Shown: one piece after another, positions 9,415 through 18,739 of the stretch
How the letters are laid out: each line of letters opens with the position of its first letter
Position numbering within the stretch: position 1 is the first letter of the stretch
Notes under the pieces: generated by a model
Told to the model about the DNA's origin: nothing
Seen by the model: only the letters and a program-made list of their open reading frames with translations
Databases searched by the model: none
Source of the DNA: a virus
Virus record (IMG/VR): IMGVR_UViG_3300017917_001172
Location: 14,531-78,530 of that record
Direction: 5' to 3' (one strand)
DNA length: 64,000 bases
Translations under genes and position numbers: made by a program

Positions 9415-10092
9415 TTATGCTCTGGCAAATTTTTTACCCAGATAGTAGCCACCAATTGCAGCGCCAGCTACTTTTGCAGCAAAAGGTATGATGGATTTCT
9501 TAGGCTCTTCATCCTTGATCAGCAGGTCTTTCTTAGTAACAGCTTTGTTATATGGTGCATACATGTCAGATGCAGCTAACTCACGTTTCATGGTCTGATG
9601 TATCTTAGTTGCTGCAAGCCTGCGATCGTTTGGTTCTGCATAGTCCCAATCTGCTACTAAACGCCTAGCTGCTTTTAACCCAGGGCTTTGTATGCCTAAA
9701 TCCTTCTGCAATCTTAGCAAGAACTTCCTATCATACTCAGAATCTTCTCGTCCTGCTGCTGTATTACGCAGGTAGCCCATTAGCTGTAGATATGGCAAGT
9801 TTATGTGCCTATCAGTTATCATCCTGCCTGCATACCGATCTGGATTCTTGATCATATAAGCCATATTGTGCAGATCGCTACCACTAGAACGCCACCCGTC
9901 TATGCTGCCGCTCTGTAAGGTCTGCTGAGCATACCTCTGAGCAGCTCTAGGATCAGTCTTCTTTAGTGTCTGAATAGCTAACATTGCATTGAAAAAATTA
10001 TCAGCTAGTTCAGAAGTGAATATCTCTGACATCTTGGTTGGATTCTTAAACAACCTAGCTTCACTTAGTTCTTGTAAGAAGTCGAAGCTCAT
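9415..10092 (-). CDS. Hypothetical protein with C-terminal Gly-zipper
   Basis: MSFDFLQELSEARLF N-terminus; ends AGAAIGGYYLGKKFARA. Confidence 0.65.
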   Translation of the reverse strand: MSFDFLQELSEARLFKNPTKMSEIFTSELADNFFNAMLAIQTLKKTDPRAAQRYAQQTLQSGSIDGWRSSGSDLHNMAYMIKNPDRYAGRMITDRHINLPYLQLMGYLRNTAAGREDSEYDRKFLLRLQKDLGIQSPGLKAARRLVADWDYAEPNDRRLAATKIHQTMKRELAASDMYAPYNKAVTKKDLLIKDEEPKKSIIPFAAKVAGAAIGGYYLGKKFARA

Positions 10093-10625
10093 CTCATTTT
10101 CCTAAACTTTTCGGTTGCAGCCTGCGCATCTTTGCCCCTTAATACCTCAGTGCCTGATCTCCAAGCATTGTTAACCCAAGTATATTCCTTGCCCACATAT
10201 GATACCTTGGATTGACCAGGGATTAATCTTTTGGGCTTTATTGTAGTCTGTTTAGGTGCTGTGGTTGCAGGTGCTGTAGCAGATTGACCTGCAGGAGCAA
10301 CAGGCTGAGCAGCACCGCTCTTAGCTATCCTCTGATAGAGGGTCATCATCACTGCTGTTCTCAGTATATCAGCCACTTGCTGATCATTAGTGAGATCTGC
10401 TGCCATTATCTTCTGTTCTAATGGTGCAACGTCGTCGTCCCCTAACTTAGCATAACGAGCTATGATGCCACCTAGTGTTGATTGCTGCACAGCTCGATCT
10501 TCTATGTTAGCACCTTTCTTAGCTTGTATTTGTAGAGCTTGGTGCCATTTAGTAAGGAAAGGCTTTACATAAGCATTTGCTTGTTTTTCTACGGAAGTCG
10601 CTTCTGAAATCTCGCCGAATCTCAT
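10089..10625 (-). CDS. Hypothetical protein, putative internal head protein
   Basis: MRFGEISEA N-terminus; ATGA coupling at both ends. Confidence 0.6.
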   Translation of the reverse strand: MRFGEISEATSVEKQANAYVKPFLTKWHQALQIQAKKGANIEDRAVQQSTLGGIIARYAKLGDDDVAPLEQKIMAADLTNDQQVADILRTAVMMTLYQRIAKSGAAQPVAPAGQSATAPATTAPKQTTIKPKRLIPGQSKVSYVGKEYTWVNNAWRSGTEVLRGKDAQAATEKFRKMR

Positions 10626-10864
10626 TGCCCAACCTTCCTGATACCGCGCATGAACTTGGCAGTATCCTGCCCGCGTATGCTGTTGATCAGCCTGCGCTCT
10701 AGCTCGCCAGCAGTCTCAGGATCGTATGTCTCACGTATGAGGTTCACTAGATTTATTGCTGATGAGATGATGTGGTTAGCCCTAGATTCTATTATGGCTT
10801 CCTTGTCCTGCGGATTATACGCAAAACTAATCTCATCCAATATGCTGCGAGTCTGCTTTTTCAT
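10622..10864 (-). CDS. Hypothetical phage protein
   Basis: 80 aa, directly behind a perfect late promoter. Confidence 0.65.
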   Translation of the reverse strand: MKKQTRSILDEISFAYNPQDKEAIIESRANHIISSAINLVNLIRETYDPETAGELERRLINSIRGQDTAKFMRGIRKVGQ

Positions 10865-10871
10865 GGTCTAA

Positions 10872-10879
10872 TATTTATA
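10872..10879 (-). promoter_or_regulatory. T4 late promoter TATAAATA
   Basis: Exact consensus, 7 nt before ATG. Confidence 0.75.
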
Positions 10880-10916
10880 GCTCTTTTGACGATTATGGAA
10901 GGTTGCAGACCTGTAA

Positions 10917-12320
10917 TTAACTGCTGGTTTTTAGGTTGTTTAGCATCTGCTTGAGCTTTGAGCTCTGCACCTCAGCCGTTATCTTACCTGATTCTGCTGG
11001 TGCATCGCTGCTTGATGTTACCGTTGGTTTGCTCTTGATGCTATCGATGATCGAGCTAGTGGGCTTCTTGAACTGTGGTGATCCTTCATCTTCACCTAGG
11101 TCACGTATGCGCAAGCTGTCCTGATCAAACTCGAGATCAACCTTCTGGCCCACGCCGCTTGAACTACGTGTCTTCATGAGCTGCAACTGATAGCGCCCAT
11201 GTTCCTTCATTGACCTGCTGGTGAAGATACCAAACACGTTGTCTGCTGTATTGATCTTGGAGATACCACCCGAGATGTGGCTGTGATCAAACTCGATCTC
11301 TTCTACCGCGCTTCTGTTAAGCTGAGAAGCGGTGACCAAGACCATGTCTAGTTCTTTGGCCAAGTTACGCAGTTCTTCTGACACATACTTGTCCTTGACG
11401 AACAAGTCTGAGGGACTGACCTTGGCGCTGACTGGCATCAGCAGATCGAGATAGTCAACGCAGATGTAGCTGAGCTTGTGCCCAGTCTGCACTTGCAGTT
11501 CCTTGAGATAACTGCGCAAATCGTTCACGTTGCTCTGTGCTGGCATGTACTTGATCCTCAAGCTGCCTGCTTTCTTGCCTACCATCTTGATCTTCATCTC
11601 AACGGTATCGAGATCCTTGAAGATCTCCTTGCTGGGCACGCTGGTCAGCATGCTATCAATACGCATGGCACAGAGCTCTTCGCTAAGTTCTAGCGTGATG
11701 TAAGCACCATCTAGTCCTGCTGTCATCCAGTTAACTGCTAGGTTCTGCATGAACAGCGATTTACCTGCACCAGATCCGCCTGCGAAGATCTCAAGCTCGC
11801 CCCTGTTGAAACCACCATATAGTTTGTTGTCTAGCACTGGCCAACCAGTTGACATCTGGCCGTTGCTAGACTTGAGCTTCATCAATCGCCCACGCGGGTC
11901 CTCGAAGTAATCCAAGCCTAGATTGCGTGTCAAGCTGATCTGCACTGCATCCTTGACCAGCTTCTCGATGGGATCATACTCGCCCTTCTCGATCAAGTCT
12001 GCGCTTTCTAGGATCACTCGCTTTAGCGTCTCATGCCTCGTGAATGATTCAAACTCATCCATGAACCAATCGATCATGCTGTCTTCAAGCTTGTCAATCT
12101 TGTTCAGCTCTGTGCCTGTTTCAGCCTTGACTTGTTCAGCACTGGGAAGATCGTTGTACTTCTTGCTGTAGTCACGCAAGAACGTTGATGCTGCCTTCAA
12201 GCTGCGATCAAAGTTGATGGGATCAAATATGTTCTGCACACGCACGAAGCTTTGGGCATCAGACAGCATGATCTCCAAGAACAGTTTCTGTAGATCTACT
12301 GAATAATCCTTAGATGCCAT
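10917..12320 (-). CDS. gp41: Replicative DnaB-family helicase (T4 gp41-like)
   Basis: Walker A GGSGAGKS, ITLELSE, VDYLDL, TASQLNR, MKTR. Confidence 0.93.
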   Translation of the reverse strand: MASKDYSVDLQKLFLEIMLSDAQSFVRVQNIFDPINFDRSLKAASTFLRDYSKKYNDLPSAEQVKAETGTELNKIDKLEDSMIDWFMDEFESFTRHETLKRVILESADLIEKGEYDPIEKLVKDAVQISLTRNLGLDYFEDPRGRLMKLKSSNGQMSTGWPVLDNKLYGGFNRGELEIFAGGSGAGKSLFMQNLAVNWMTAGLDGAYITLELSEELCAMRIDSMLTSVPSKEIFKDLDTVEMKIKMVGKKAGSLRIKYMPAQSNVNDLRSYLKELQVQTGHKLSYICVDYLDLLMPVSAKVSPSDLFVKDKYVSEELRNLAKELDMVLVTASQLNRSAVEEIEFDHSHISGGISKINTADNVFGIFTSRSMKEHGRYQLQLMKTRSSSGVGQKVDLEFDQDSLRIRDLGEDEGSPQFKKPTSSIIDSIKSKPTVTSSSDAPAESGKITAEVQSSKLKQMLNNLKTSS

Positions 12321-13305
12321 GCCTCTTCCTCATCAACTCTATCTTTAATTTACTATCTTGTTTAGCTTGAAGTATAGATCTTAATGTGAACAGTTTGCCG
12401 TACCGCTGCATGGCATCAGCAGCATCCTTGATGTCTGCCTGCCACTCTGGAAAGCTAACTGACCATCCATAAGTCAGTGCTGCATCGATCAGCCGGCCGC
12501 CGCTCTTGTCCATGTCTGGAACCACGATGATCTCTCTGCCCAAGCTGTCTATGATCTCTGCTTTCTTATCTGACACTTCATTAGTTAGCGCAGCCAAACC
12601 ATTAACAGCTATGGCATCAAACGGTCCTTCAGTCAGCAATGCAAACTTGCTGTCGCGATGCTGCTGATCTACACCAAACACGTAATCGCTGCCAACGTGC
12701 TGTATGTACTTGCTCATGCCCTTGGTCAGATCAACGCTGCGGGCGGTGTAGCCAACTTCTTTGCCCTGCCAGGTGTAAGGTATCAGCACTCGCCTGCGAT
12801 AACCATCCTCGTGGCTCCAGCGCCAATCCCAATCATCCAGCGAGAACCCTCGGTCAGTGATGTATGCTATTACCGCCGTGAGATCCTCGTCCTCGTAGCC
12901 GTTAGCTAGCCAATCTCTCACGCTGGCATTAGCTGGCAACTCTCGGGGTTCGAACTTTATCTCGGCCTTAGCACGCTCTTGCTGGACTATCTCTACGTCT
13001 AGCTGCCGCATGGCATCAAATACTATGCGCTGTATCTGCCCTTCGTCCATGCCCATCCAAGACATGAGCCTGCGCATCTTATAACCAAAATGCAAGCCAG
13101 GACGCCAGCTAGCTTTGTATCCACAGTTGAAGCAATGATAGCTTGCACCGCCCTCTGGCGTGAACAGCAGGCCGCCACGGCTTCGCTTGTCCTGCGTCTC
13201 GCCATTGTGAGTGCAGCAAGGCGCGTTGAAGCTCAGCCATCCCTTGGCTGCCTTCTTGTGCTTGGGCGGTAACACGCTCGATATGGCCTGCTGAGTCAGA
13301 TTCAT
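12310..13305 (-). CDS. gp61: DNA primase (T4 gp61-like)
   Basis: Zn finger CCTH..YHCFNCG; Toprim EGPFDA and DMD; adjacent to the helicase. Confidence 0.85.
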   Translation of the reverse strand: MNLTQQAISSVLPPKHKKAAKGWLSFNAPCCTHNGETQDKRSRGGLLFTPEGGASYHCFNCGYKASWRPGLHFGYKMRRLMSWMGMDEGQIQRIVFDAMRQLDVEIVQQERAKAEIKFEPRELPANASVRDWLANGYEDEDLTAVIAYITDRGFSLDDWDWRWSHEDGYRRRVLIPYTWQGKEVGYTARSVDLTKGMSKYIQHVGSDYVFGVDQQHRDSKFALLTEGPFDAIAVNGLAALTNEVSDKKAEIIDSLGREIIVVPDMDKSGGRLIDAALTYGWSVSFPEWQADIKDAADAMQRYGKLFTLRSILQAKQDSKLKIELMRKRHGI

Positions 13306-13311
13306 CAGTAT

Positions 13312-13339
13312 ATTATAACACGCTTCTAAAATAAGTCAA
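13312..13339 (-). promoter_or_regulatory. Sigma70-type promoter, leaderless primase transcript
   Basis: TTGACT-16-TATAAT with TG; ATG 6 nt downstream. Confidence 0.75.
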
Positions 13340-13368
13340 AGGATCTATCTGGACTAAGTATCTTGGTT

Positions 13369-13743
13369 ATGGATTTGCATTTACAAGAATTTCTGGACAA
13401 GTATCCTTTTTTTGCTCTAGTCAGATACTCTGATCAAGAGTTTGTTTGCATCATCCAGAACCAAGACACTGATGTCACCACTATATATGACTTCAACAGC
13501 CTTAAGACCGAGGCACACCGAATCACTTTCATAGCATTAGCTGAACAATGGTGGTGGGAATCAAACAGGCAGATACCTATAAACATATTCCTCAAGAACG
13601 ATTGGCATCAGTTCCGTTATGCTAGCAAGACCTTACTGACCAAGGAAGTCAACATAATAGCCGGTCATGCTGTTAGGCTTAATGATCTAGCCAGCAAGCG
13701 CACCAAGCGCAAGATGATACAGCTAGTTCGCCGCCCCACATAG
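13369..13743 (+). CDS. Hypothetical phage protein
   Basis: KYPFF..IIQNQD..WWWESNRQIPINIFL; TAAGTA late-like element upstream. Confidence 0.7.
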   Translation: MDLHLQEFLDKYPFFALVRYSDQEFVCIIQNQDTDVTTIYDFNSLKTEAHRITFIALAEQWWWESNRQIPINIFLKNDWHQFRYASKTLLTKEVNIIAGHAVRLNDLASKRTKRKMIQLVRRPT

Positions 13744-14292
13744 AAGATTCATGTGTACTGCTACCAACTGCGCATAGCTAACCGCATGCGCTTTCTTGAA
13801 GTAATAGCTACCATCTGCAGGTTTAGTCCAGATATCCTCTGAGACTTCCTTCCAAGTCTTGCCTATCAGATGACGCTTAGCTGGACGTATGACCGCTAGG
13901 AACATGGCCATCCTAGGTATGCTGTTGACTGGTTCAGGCATCTTATGCAGGGTATCATAGTGGTTGTTGATGTGTATGATCTGCTCAACGAACTCCCTGT
14001 GATCCAGCATCTCCCACATGGGCTCTGTGTCCATGAGCTTCTGCAAGTGAGATTCATCCTTGACCTGCTCATAGACATGCACGTTGAGGAAGTCTAGCTT
14101 AACGTATGCTAGATCCTCTGCTAGCTGATAATCTATGCTAGCCCATCCTGTCACGGGATCAGTAGGCACGTCAGTCACGAACACACCTGTGTTGTGCTTG
14201 GTCCACTCGCCCTTGCGCTCTATGCTGGCAGGCACATGCTTTATCAGCTGGAGTATCTTTTCTCTGTCTGCGAAATCAATATCGATATCCAT
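13723..14292 (-). CDS. Minimal C-family DNA polymerase (DnaE/Pol III alpha core fragment)
   Basis: DIDIDF, KHNTGV, KLDFL, AVIRPA, YFKKAHAVSYA in DnaE order. Confidence 0.8.
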   Translation of the reverse strand: MDIDIDFADREKILQLIKHVPASIERKGEWTKHNTGVFVTDVPTDPVTGWASIDYQLAEDLAYVKLDFLNVHVYEQVKDESHLQKLMDTEPMWEMLDHREFVEQIIHINNHYDTLHKMPEPVNSIPRMAMFLAVIRPAKRHLIGKTWKEVSEDIWTKPADGSYYFKKAHAVSYAQLVAVHMNLLCGAAN

Positions 14293-15020
14293 CAGAAGCC
14301 TGCCTCTCTAAGCACATGCTTGCACCATTCGGCATCTGCCAGATAATCTTTCAGTTTCTTGTTCCAGAACTCAGGGTCGATCCACGGATAGATCATGGCA
14401 ATTTGTTCGTCGTTTAGCTTGCCCAACGCTTCAATGCCCGTGTCGGAGCAATAGATAACCCACGGTGACACGCGGCCGTTCTTGATCATAGCGCACATCC
14501 TATTGGTAGATGAATACCTAAAGAAGTGATTTACCACGCTGCTGTGCTCGTCTGCCCAGGCCTGCATCTCGACTATGGCACGTTCTAGCGCATCCTGTGG
14601 ATTCTCCCTGCGCAGATACTCTAGCAGATACTGATCATAGAACGCATCTCTGGTCCAGTGATCTAGCTTCTTGTTGTTCTTGATCACCCATTCTGTGTAG
14701 CCAGCAGGATTGATAGCTCTTATGCCATGAAGATGCCTACCAAACTTGACGAAGGCCTTGTAGTAAGGGCTCTCTGAGAAATCCTCGTAGGTCTTGGTCT
14801 TGGCTGAGCCCTGCGTGAGCTCATAGAACTTGATCCATGCGTTGAAGCCTAGCCTCACGCCAACCTCGTCCTTCTGCTGATGCCTACGCTTGCTCTCACA
14901 CAGATGCGCAGCCAAGGTTGATTCTTTCATGAATCCCTTGCCGCAGAACTTGCACTTGTATTCTTGTGCTAGGGGACCAGCTGCAAGTGCATCAGCGATG
15001 ACCTTAGCGAGCTCACTCAT
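14292..15020 (-). CDS. Zinc-finger protein in the replication operon
   Basis: YKCKFCGKGF...AHLC C2HC finger; TGATG coupling to the DnaE fragment. Confidence 0.65.
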   Translation of the reverse strand: MSELAKVIADALAAGPLAQEYKCKFCGKGFMKESTLAAHLCESKRRHQQKDEVGVRLGFNAWIKFYELTQGSAKTKTYEDFSESPYYKAFVKFGRHLHGIRAINPAGYTEWVIKNNKKLDHWTRDAFYDQYLLEYLRRENPQDALERAIVEMQAWADEHSSVVNHFFRYSSTNRMCAMIKNGRVSPWVIYCSDTGIEALGKLNDEQIAMIYPWIDPEFWNKKLKDYLADAEWCKHVLREAGF

Positions 15021-15498
15021 CTGTTCCCTTCATCGCTGCTTTGATCTCTTTCTCGGTCCATCCTCTGTCCTGCAATTCTTTCAGGACGTCATCCTCGTTG
15101 TTCGTGGCTGCTAGGATCTCTAGTTCTGATTCGTTAGCGTTGGGATAGAGCTTGGCGAACAGCTTGAGCTTCTTGTCAGTCTTGCCTCGCTTGCCCGGCG
15201 CGATCCATCCATGCTTCTGTGTGCCCATGCCAGGACTAGCTGCTGTCATCAGCAGATATTGCAGCTTGGGATGATCCTTGATGGAGTTGAAACGCTTGTT
15301 GACAGTCTCGTTCACTGCCATGAGATAGTAGCGAGCAAAGTCGGGATTACCGCTCACGCTAGATGAATAGCGCATGTAGAGCCATGCAGGGAACTTGTCC
15401 TTCTGGGCCTGCTTGAGCTTGTTCCACCAAGCGCGATCCTTGCGATCAACAGCTGGTAGAACGTCTGCTAGCTTGATAGCTGATTCATCATCTGCCAT
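15013..15498 (-). CDS. Putative clamp-loader small subunit (gp62-like)
   Basis: MRYSSS..AVNETVN..HPKLQY..GWI pattern and replication context. Confidence 0.45.
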   Translation of the reverse strand: MADDESAIKLADVLPAVDRKDRAWWNKLKQAQKDKFPAWLYMRYSSSVSGNPDFARYYLMAVNETVNKRFNSIKDHPKLQYLLMTAASPGMGTQKHGWIAPGKRGKTDKKLKLFAKLYPNANESELEILAATNNEDDVLKELQDRGWTEKEIKAAMKGTDE

Positions 15499-15501
15499 GC
15501 A

Positions 15502-16002
15502 TCACCATGCTTTAGTTATATCAATGATCTCAGATTGTTTCGATATTTCTTTCACGAAGAACGCACATCTAGGATTGGGCTTGTCTTCTAGTGGTATCGC
15601 TAAGATGTGGCCTGGCTTGAGCTTGGGGAAGTACCACTTGACGTCTTGGTAGACATCAATGATCTCTATCTGCTCGTAATTGGGCATGATGCCTTTGATG
15701 GGATTGAACGTGAAAGCCTTGAAGCTGCGGTCGTTCAACCTAGTCAAGGGCAGCACTTCTAGATCACCAAAGTCAGGCTCTCCCACTAGCATCTGCCAGT
15801 TGTAGGGCATCTTGATCACGTTCTTACCGATCTTCATCACCAGTGCTGGATCGTTGAACGTTTCCATGAATATGAGTGGAATGAAGAAGTAGTCTGGATC
15901 CTTAGGATCTGAATTGTCTAGCACACAGAACCGCAGATCATCCACGTATTCTGGCAAGTCGTTCATCTCATAAGCTGTGTTTTCTGCGGTCAATATCTTC
16001 AT
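15502..16002 (-). CDS. Hypothetical phage protein
   Basis: 166-aa ORF; promoter TTGATC-17-TATATT ends 6 nt before ATG. Confidence 0.7.
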   Translation of the reverse strand: MKILTAENTAYEMNDLPEYVDDLRFCVLDNSDPKDPDYFFIPLIFMETFNDPALVMKIGKNVIKMPYNWQMLVGEPDFGDLEVLPLTRLNDRSFKAFTFNPIKGIMPNYEQIEIIDVYQDVKWYFPKLKPGHILAIPLEDKPNPRCAFFVKEISKQSEIIDITKAW

Positions 16003-16026
16003 TTAACTAATATAGCACTTTGCTCA

Positions 16027-16536
16027 TTACCGATCAACCTTATATCGCCAAGTCACGACATCATCGATCTGTTCCTGCGTCCAGTTGTCGTAATAGCCCT
16101 GCTTCTTTAGCATCTCGCTGGCCATGTTGAGCTTGGCTGTTTCTTGCAGCAAGACCAGCGCCCACTTGCCTTGATTCATCTTTTCGCCAGCCACGATCTC
16201 GGGATCATCGGGGTGATCTTCCAGCGCGACCAAACCAGAGGGCATCAACCACTTATGGTTGGCCTGCCAAGTCAAGTCTGATAGCTGCAAAGGAGACACC
16301 TGTTCCTTGTTGCAACCTAGCACGATCACTTCCTTAGGCAGACCAAGCTCTGTGATAGCATAGAGATTGTTAGTGAGATGTTCTGCGTTGTCACACAATA
16401 CCCAATGTATCTTGTTCGTGACTAGAGCATTCCTCGCAAATGGGCAAGGCACGTGTCCTAGCTTTTCGTTAGGTACGCTGACCCAGTTCAGTATCCATTC
16501 ACCTACGTCATTGATCAATTCTTGCTCAGAGCTCAT
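16027..16536 (-). CDS. DUF1415-like protein
   Basis: EWILNWV..PCPFAR and LEDHPD motifs; start revised to MSSEQ. Confidence 0.5.
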   Translation of the reverse strand: MSSEQELINDVGEWILNWVSVPNEKLGHVPCPFARNALVTNKIHWVLCDNAEHLTNNLYAITELGLPKEVIVLGCNKEQVSPLQLSDLTWQANHKWLMPSGLVALEDHPDDPEIVAGEKMNQGKWALVLLQETAKLNMASEMLKKQGYYDNWTQEQIDDVVTWRYKVDR

Positions 16537-16858
16537 CTGGCCAATCCCTATATAATGCATGTTGGATGTCATCATCCACGAACTGATTGAAGCTCTGATG
16601 CTTGGCTTCTAGATCACCTTCCAAGGGTGCTACACGCTTGAAGGCTGCATCCATCTGCGCCATGTCCTTGAACTCCATCATGATGTGCCATTCAGGAAGA
16701 TCTGCTATGCTTCGGAACCCCATCTTGCAGCGAGTGATCCTGTAGCTTTGCAGCTTCTTCTCTAGCATAAGCTGGTTTAAGAATGACTTCATGTTAGCGA
16801 CCCACTCCTTGTCAGAGATGTCGCCTTTCTTGTTGGCCCAGATATGATATATGTCCAT
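16526..16858 (-). CDS. DUF6614-like dimeric alpha+beta barrel protein
   Basis: MDIYHIW..YRITRCKMGF..EF..MAQMDAAF..ALYRDWPD. Confidence 0.6.
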   Translation of the reverse strand: MDIYHIWANKKGDISDKEWVANMKSFLNQLMLEKKLQSYRITRCKMGFRSIADLPEWHIMMEFKDMAQMDAAFKRVAPLEGDLEAKHQSFNQFVDDDIQHALYRDWPDEL

Positions 16859-17289
16859 CAGATTGGTCCCATTGTCTCGAAGCCTTGCATCTCTTTCTTG
16901 TATTCGTCAGCGTGACCGAGATAGAGATAGTGGAAGCCTCTGTTCCTGTAGACTGCACATTCATGCTTGAGGCTGCTGATACCTAATCTGAGACTAGGAT
17001 CCTCGTAGTTCCAAGCGAACTGTATGCATTCCGCGTTACGCTTGTCATACCTGCGTATGATGCTGAAGGCGATCAACTGGTCACAGTCGTCATAGTAACC
17101 TATGACGTCATTGCTAGGATCAGTATATTCGCTGTCGAAGATTGGCATGTAGCTGGGAAACTTTTTGTACCTACAATAGGCGAGGTATATGCCCCCTAGC
17201 TGCAAGGGATCAGGGTTGGATAGGTATGTCCATCCACCCTGCATTTGAGTATAGTCAGTCCTGCGTAGGTCTATTCTTGCGTATATCAT
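16858..17289 (-). CDS. ATE_C-like (Arg/Leu-tRNA protein transferase C-terminal) GNAT-fold protein
   Basis: GYY..DQLIAFS...LRLGISSLKHECAVYRNRGFHYLYLG resembles ATE/Bpt SLG....EI..A...G..Y.YLG. Confidence 0.6.
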   Translation of the reverse strand: MIYARIDLRRTDYTQMQGGWTYLSNPDPLQLGGIYLAYCRYKKFPSYMPIFDSEYTDPSNDVIGYYDDCDQLIAFSIIRRYDKRNAECIQFAWNYEDPSLRLGISSLKHECAVYRNRGFHYLYLGHADEYKKEMQGFETMGPI

Positions 17290-17290
17290 C

Positions 17291-18739
17291 TCATATGTTT
17301 ATCTTCTCAATTGAGAACGGGTAATTAGCTTCGCGATAAAATTGCTTGCGCTTGCCAAGATGCCTTTTCGAGAACTTGCAGGCTGATGTGATGTCCCAGA
17401 TCTGAACAAAGTCCTTATCTTCCGCACGCCTAATTCCACGGCCGATAGACTGAATAACACGAACGAAAGACTTGCCAGGCTCAACCAGCACAAGATTGAA
17501 GATGCGAGGTATATTAATGCCAACGGCAGCCACGCCATAAGTCGCAATGAGTACCTTATCATCGACCTCAGCCACTTCATCATATTCTGCCTTGCGATCA
17601 CCAGCCTTGGTTGCACCTGATACGAATACTGCATCCTTGATCCTCGATTCCAGTTCCTTGCCGGTAGTTATGCGATCCACTAGTATGAGAGTATTGCCTG
17701 AGGTTCGCACTGCCTCTGCGACGCCAGCCATCCAATCCAACCTATCTGCGTTGGTCACTAGGTGCTGCATCTCGCTCTGGTAGTTGGCATAGGCTTGCGT
17801 TTCCTGCGTCTGCAGGACCTTGACGTGGCATTGCGCTAACACGCCCCTGTCTTGCAGTTCGCTAGCAGCCACTCGATTGATCACATCGCCCAAGCTGCAC
17901 TTGATAGAGATGAACTCGTACTGTTCCTTGGGGATGGTACCAGTCAATCCCCAACGTATCTGCACCTTGTGTAACACACCTGTCAGCAAGGTCTTGAGAG
18001 CATCAGCCTTGGCTTGATGCACCTCGTCCACGATCACCGCGACCACATCCTCGATGAAGCTGCCAATGTCAGCTTCGCCTTCCTTAGTCTTCTTGAGCAT
18101 GTTATTCAAGCTCTGCCAGGTGCAGATGGTATGTGTGCGGCCTACCTCTTTCCTGTCACCAAAGTAGACGCCAACGTCTAGCTGCATGTTCTTGTAGTCG
18201 GCTTCGGTCTGCGTGACCAAGCTCTTGTTGGGAACGATGACCAGCGTCCTACCATACGGTTCCATCTTGTGGCTCAGCACTGCTGTCATCAGCGTCTTGC
18301 CTGCGCCTGTTGCGATCTCCTGCAAGGCCTGCGGGTTGTGCAAGAAGTTGTTGATGATCTCTACCTGATAGTCGCGCAGCATGATCGGCTGACCAGCAGC
18401 AGGATGACCTTTTGGCCACTTAACGTAGCTGTAGCTGTCCTCTGACACTTCCTCGAATTGGAAGTTCTGCCTAGCTTCACGCTGGTCTACTAGCTCAACG
18501 TGATAGTTGCGCTGATCTAGCTCTGCTAGGATCTCTGGCAGCAGATTGATGTAGGTACTGCCGCCCATCTGGAAGAATGAAACGCAACCATCCCAGCGCC
18601 CGAGACGGACAGCGGGCAGGTGCCTCGCATATGGAATCTCGAACTTGAACTTCTTGACCAGACGCTTGCGCATGTCAAGGTCGAGATCCTCAAACTTGCA
18701 ATTGACCTCGTCCTTGATCACTAATCGGCAACTAGGCAT
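17291..18739 (-). CDS. uvsW: SF2 DNA helicase UvsW
   Basis: LRDYQ, ATGAGKT, DEVH, GLTGT, QSIGRGIR. Confidence 0.92.
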   Translation of the reverse strand: MPSCRLVIKDEVNCKFEDLDLDMRKRLVKKFKFEIPYARHLPAVRLGRWDGCVSFFQMGGSTYINLLPEILAELDQRNYHVELVDQREARQNFQFEEVSEDSYSYVKWPKGHPAAGQPIMLRDYQVEIINNFLHNPQALQEIATGAGKTLMTAVLSHKMEPYGRTLVIVPNKSLVTQTEADYKNMQLDVGVYFGDRKEVGRTHTICTWQSLNNMLKKTKEGEADIGSFIEDVVAVIVDEVHQAKADALKTLLTGVLHKVQIRWGLTGTIPKEQYEFISIKCSLGDVINRVAASELQDRGVLAQCHVKVLQTQETQAYANYQSEMQHLVTNADRLDWMAGVAEAVRTSGNTLILVDRITTGKELESRIKDAVFVSGATKAGDRKAEYDEVAEVDDKVLIATYGVAAVGINIPRIFNLVLVEPGKSFVRVIQSIGRGIRRAEDKDFVQIWDITSACKFSKRHLGKRKQFYREANYPFSIEKINI

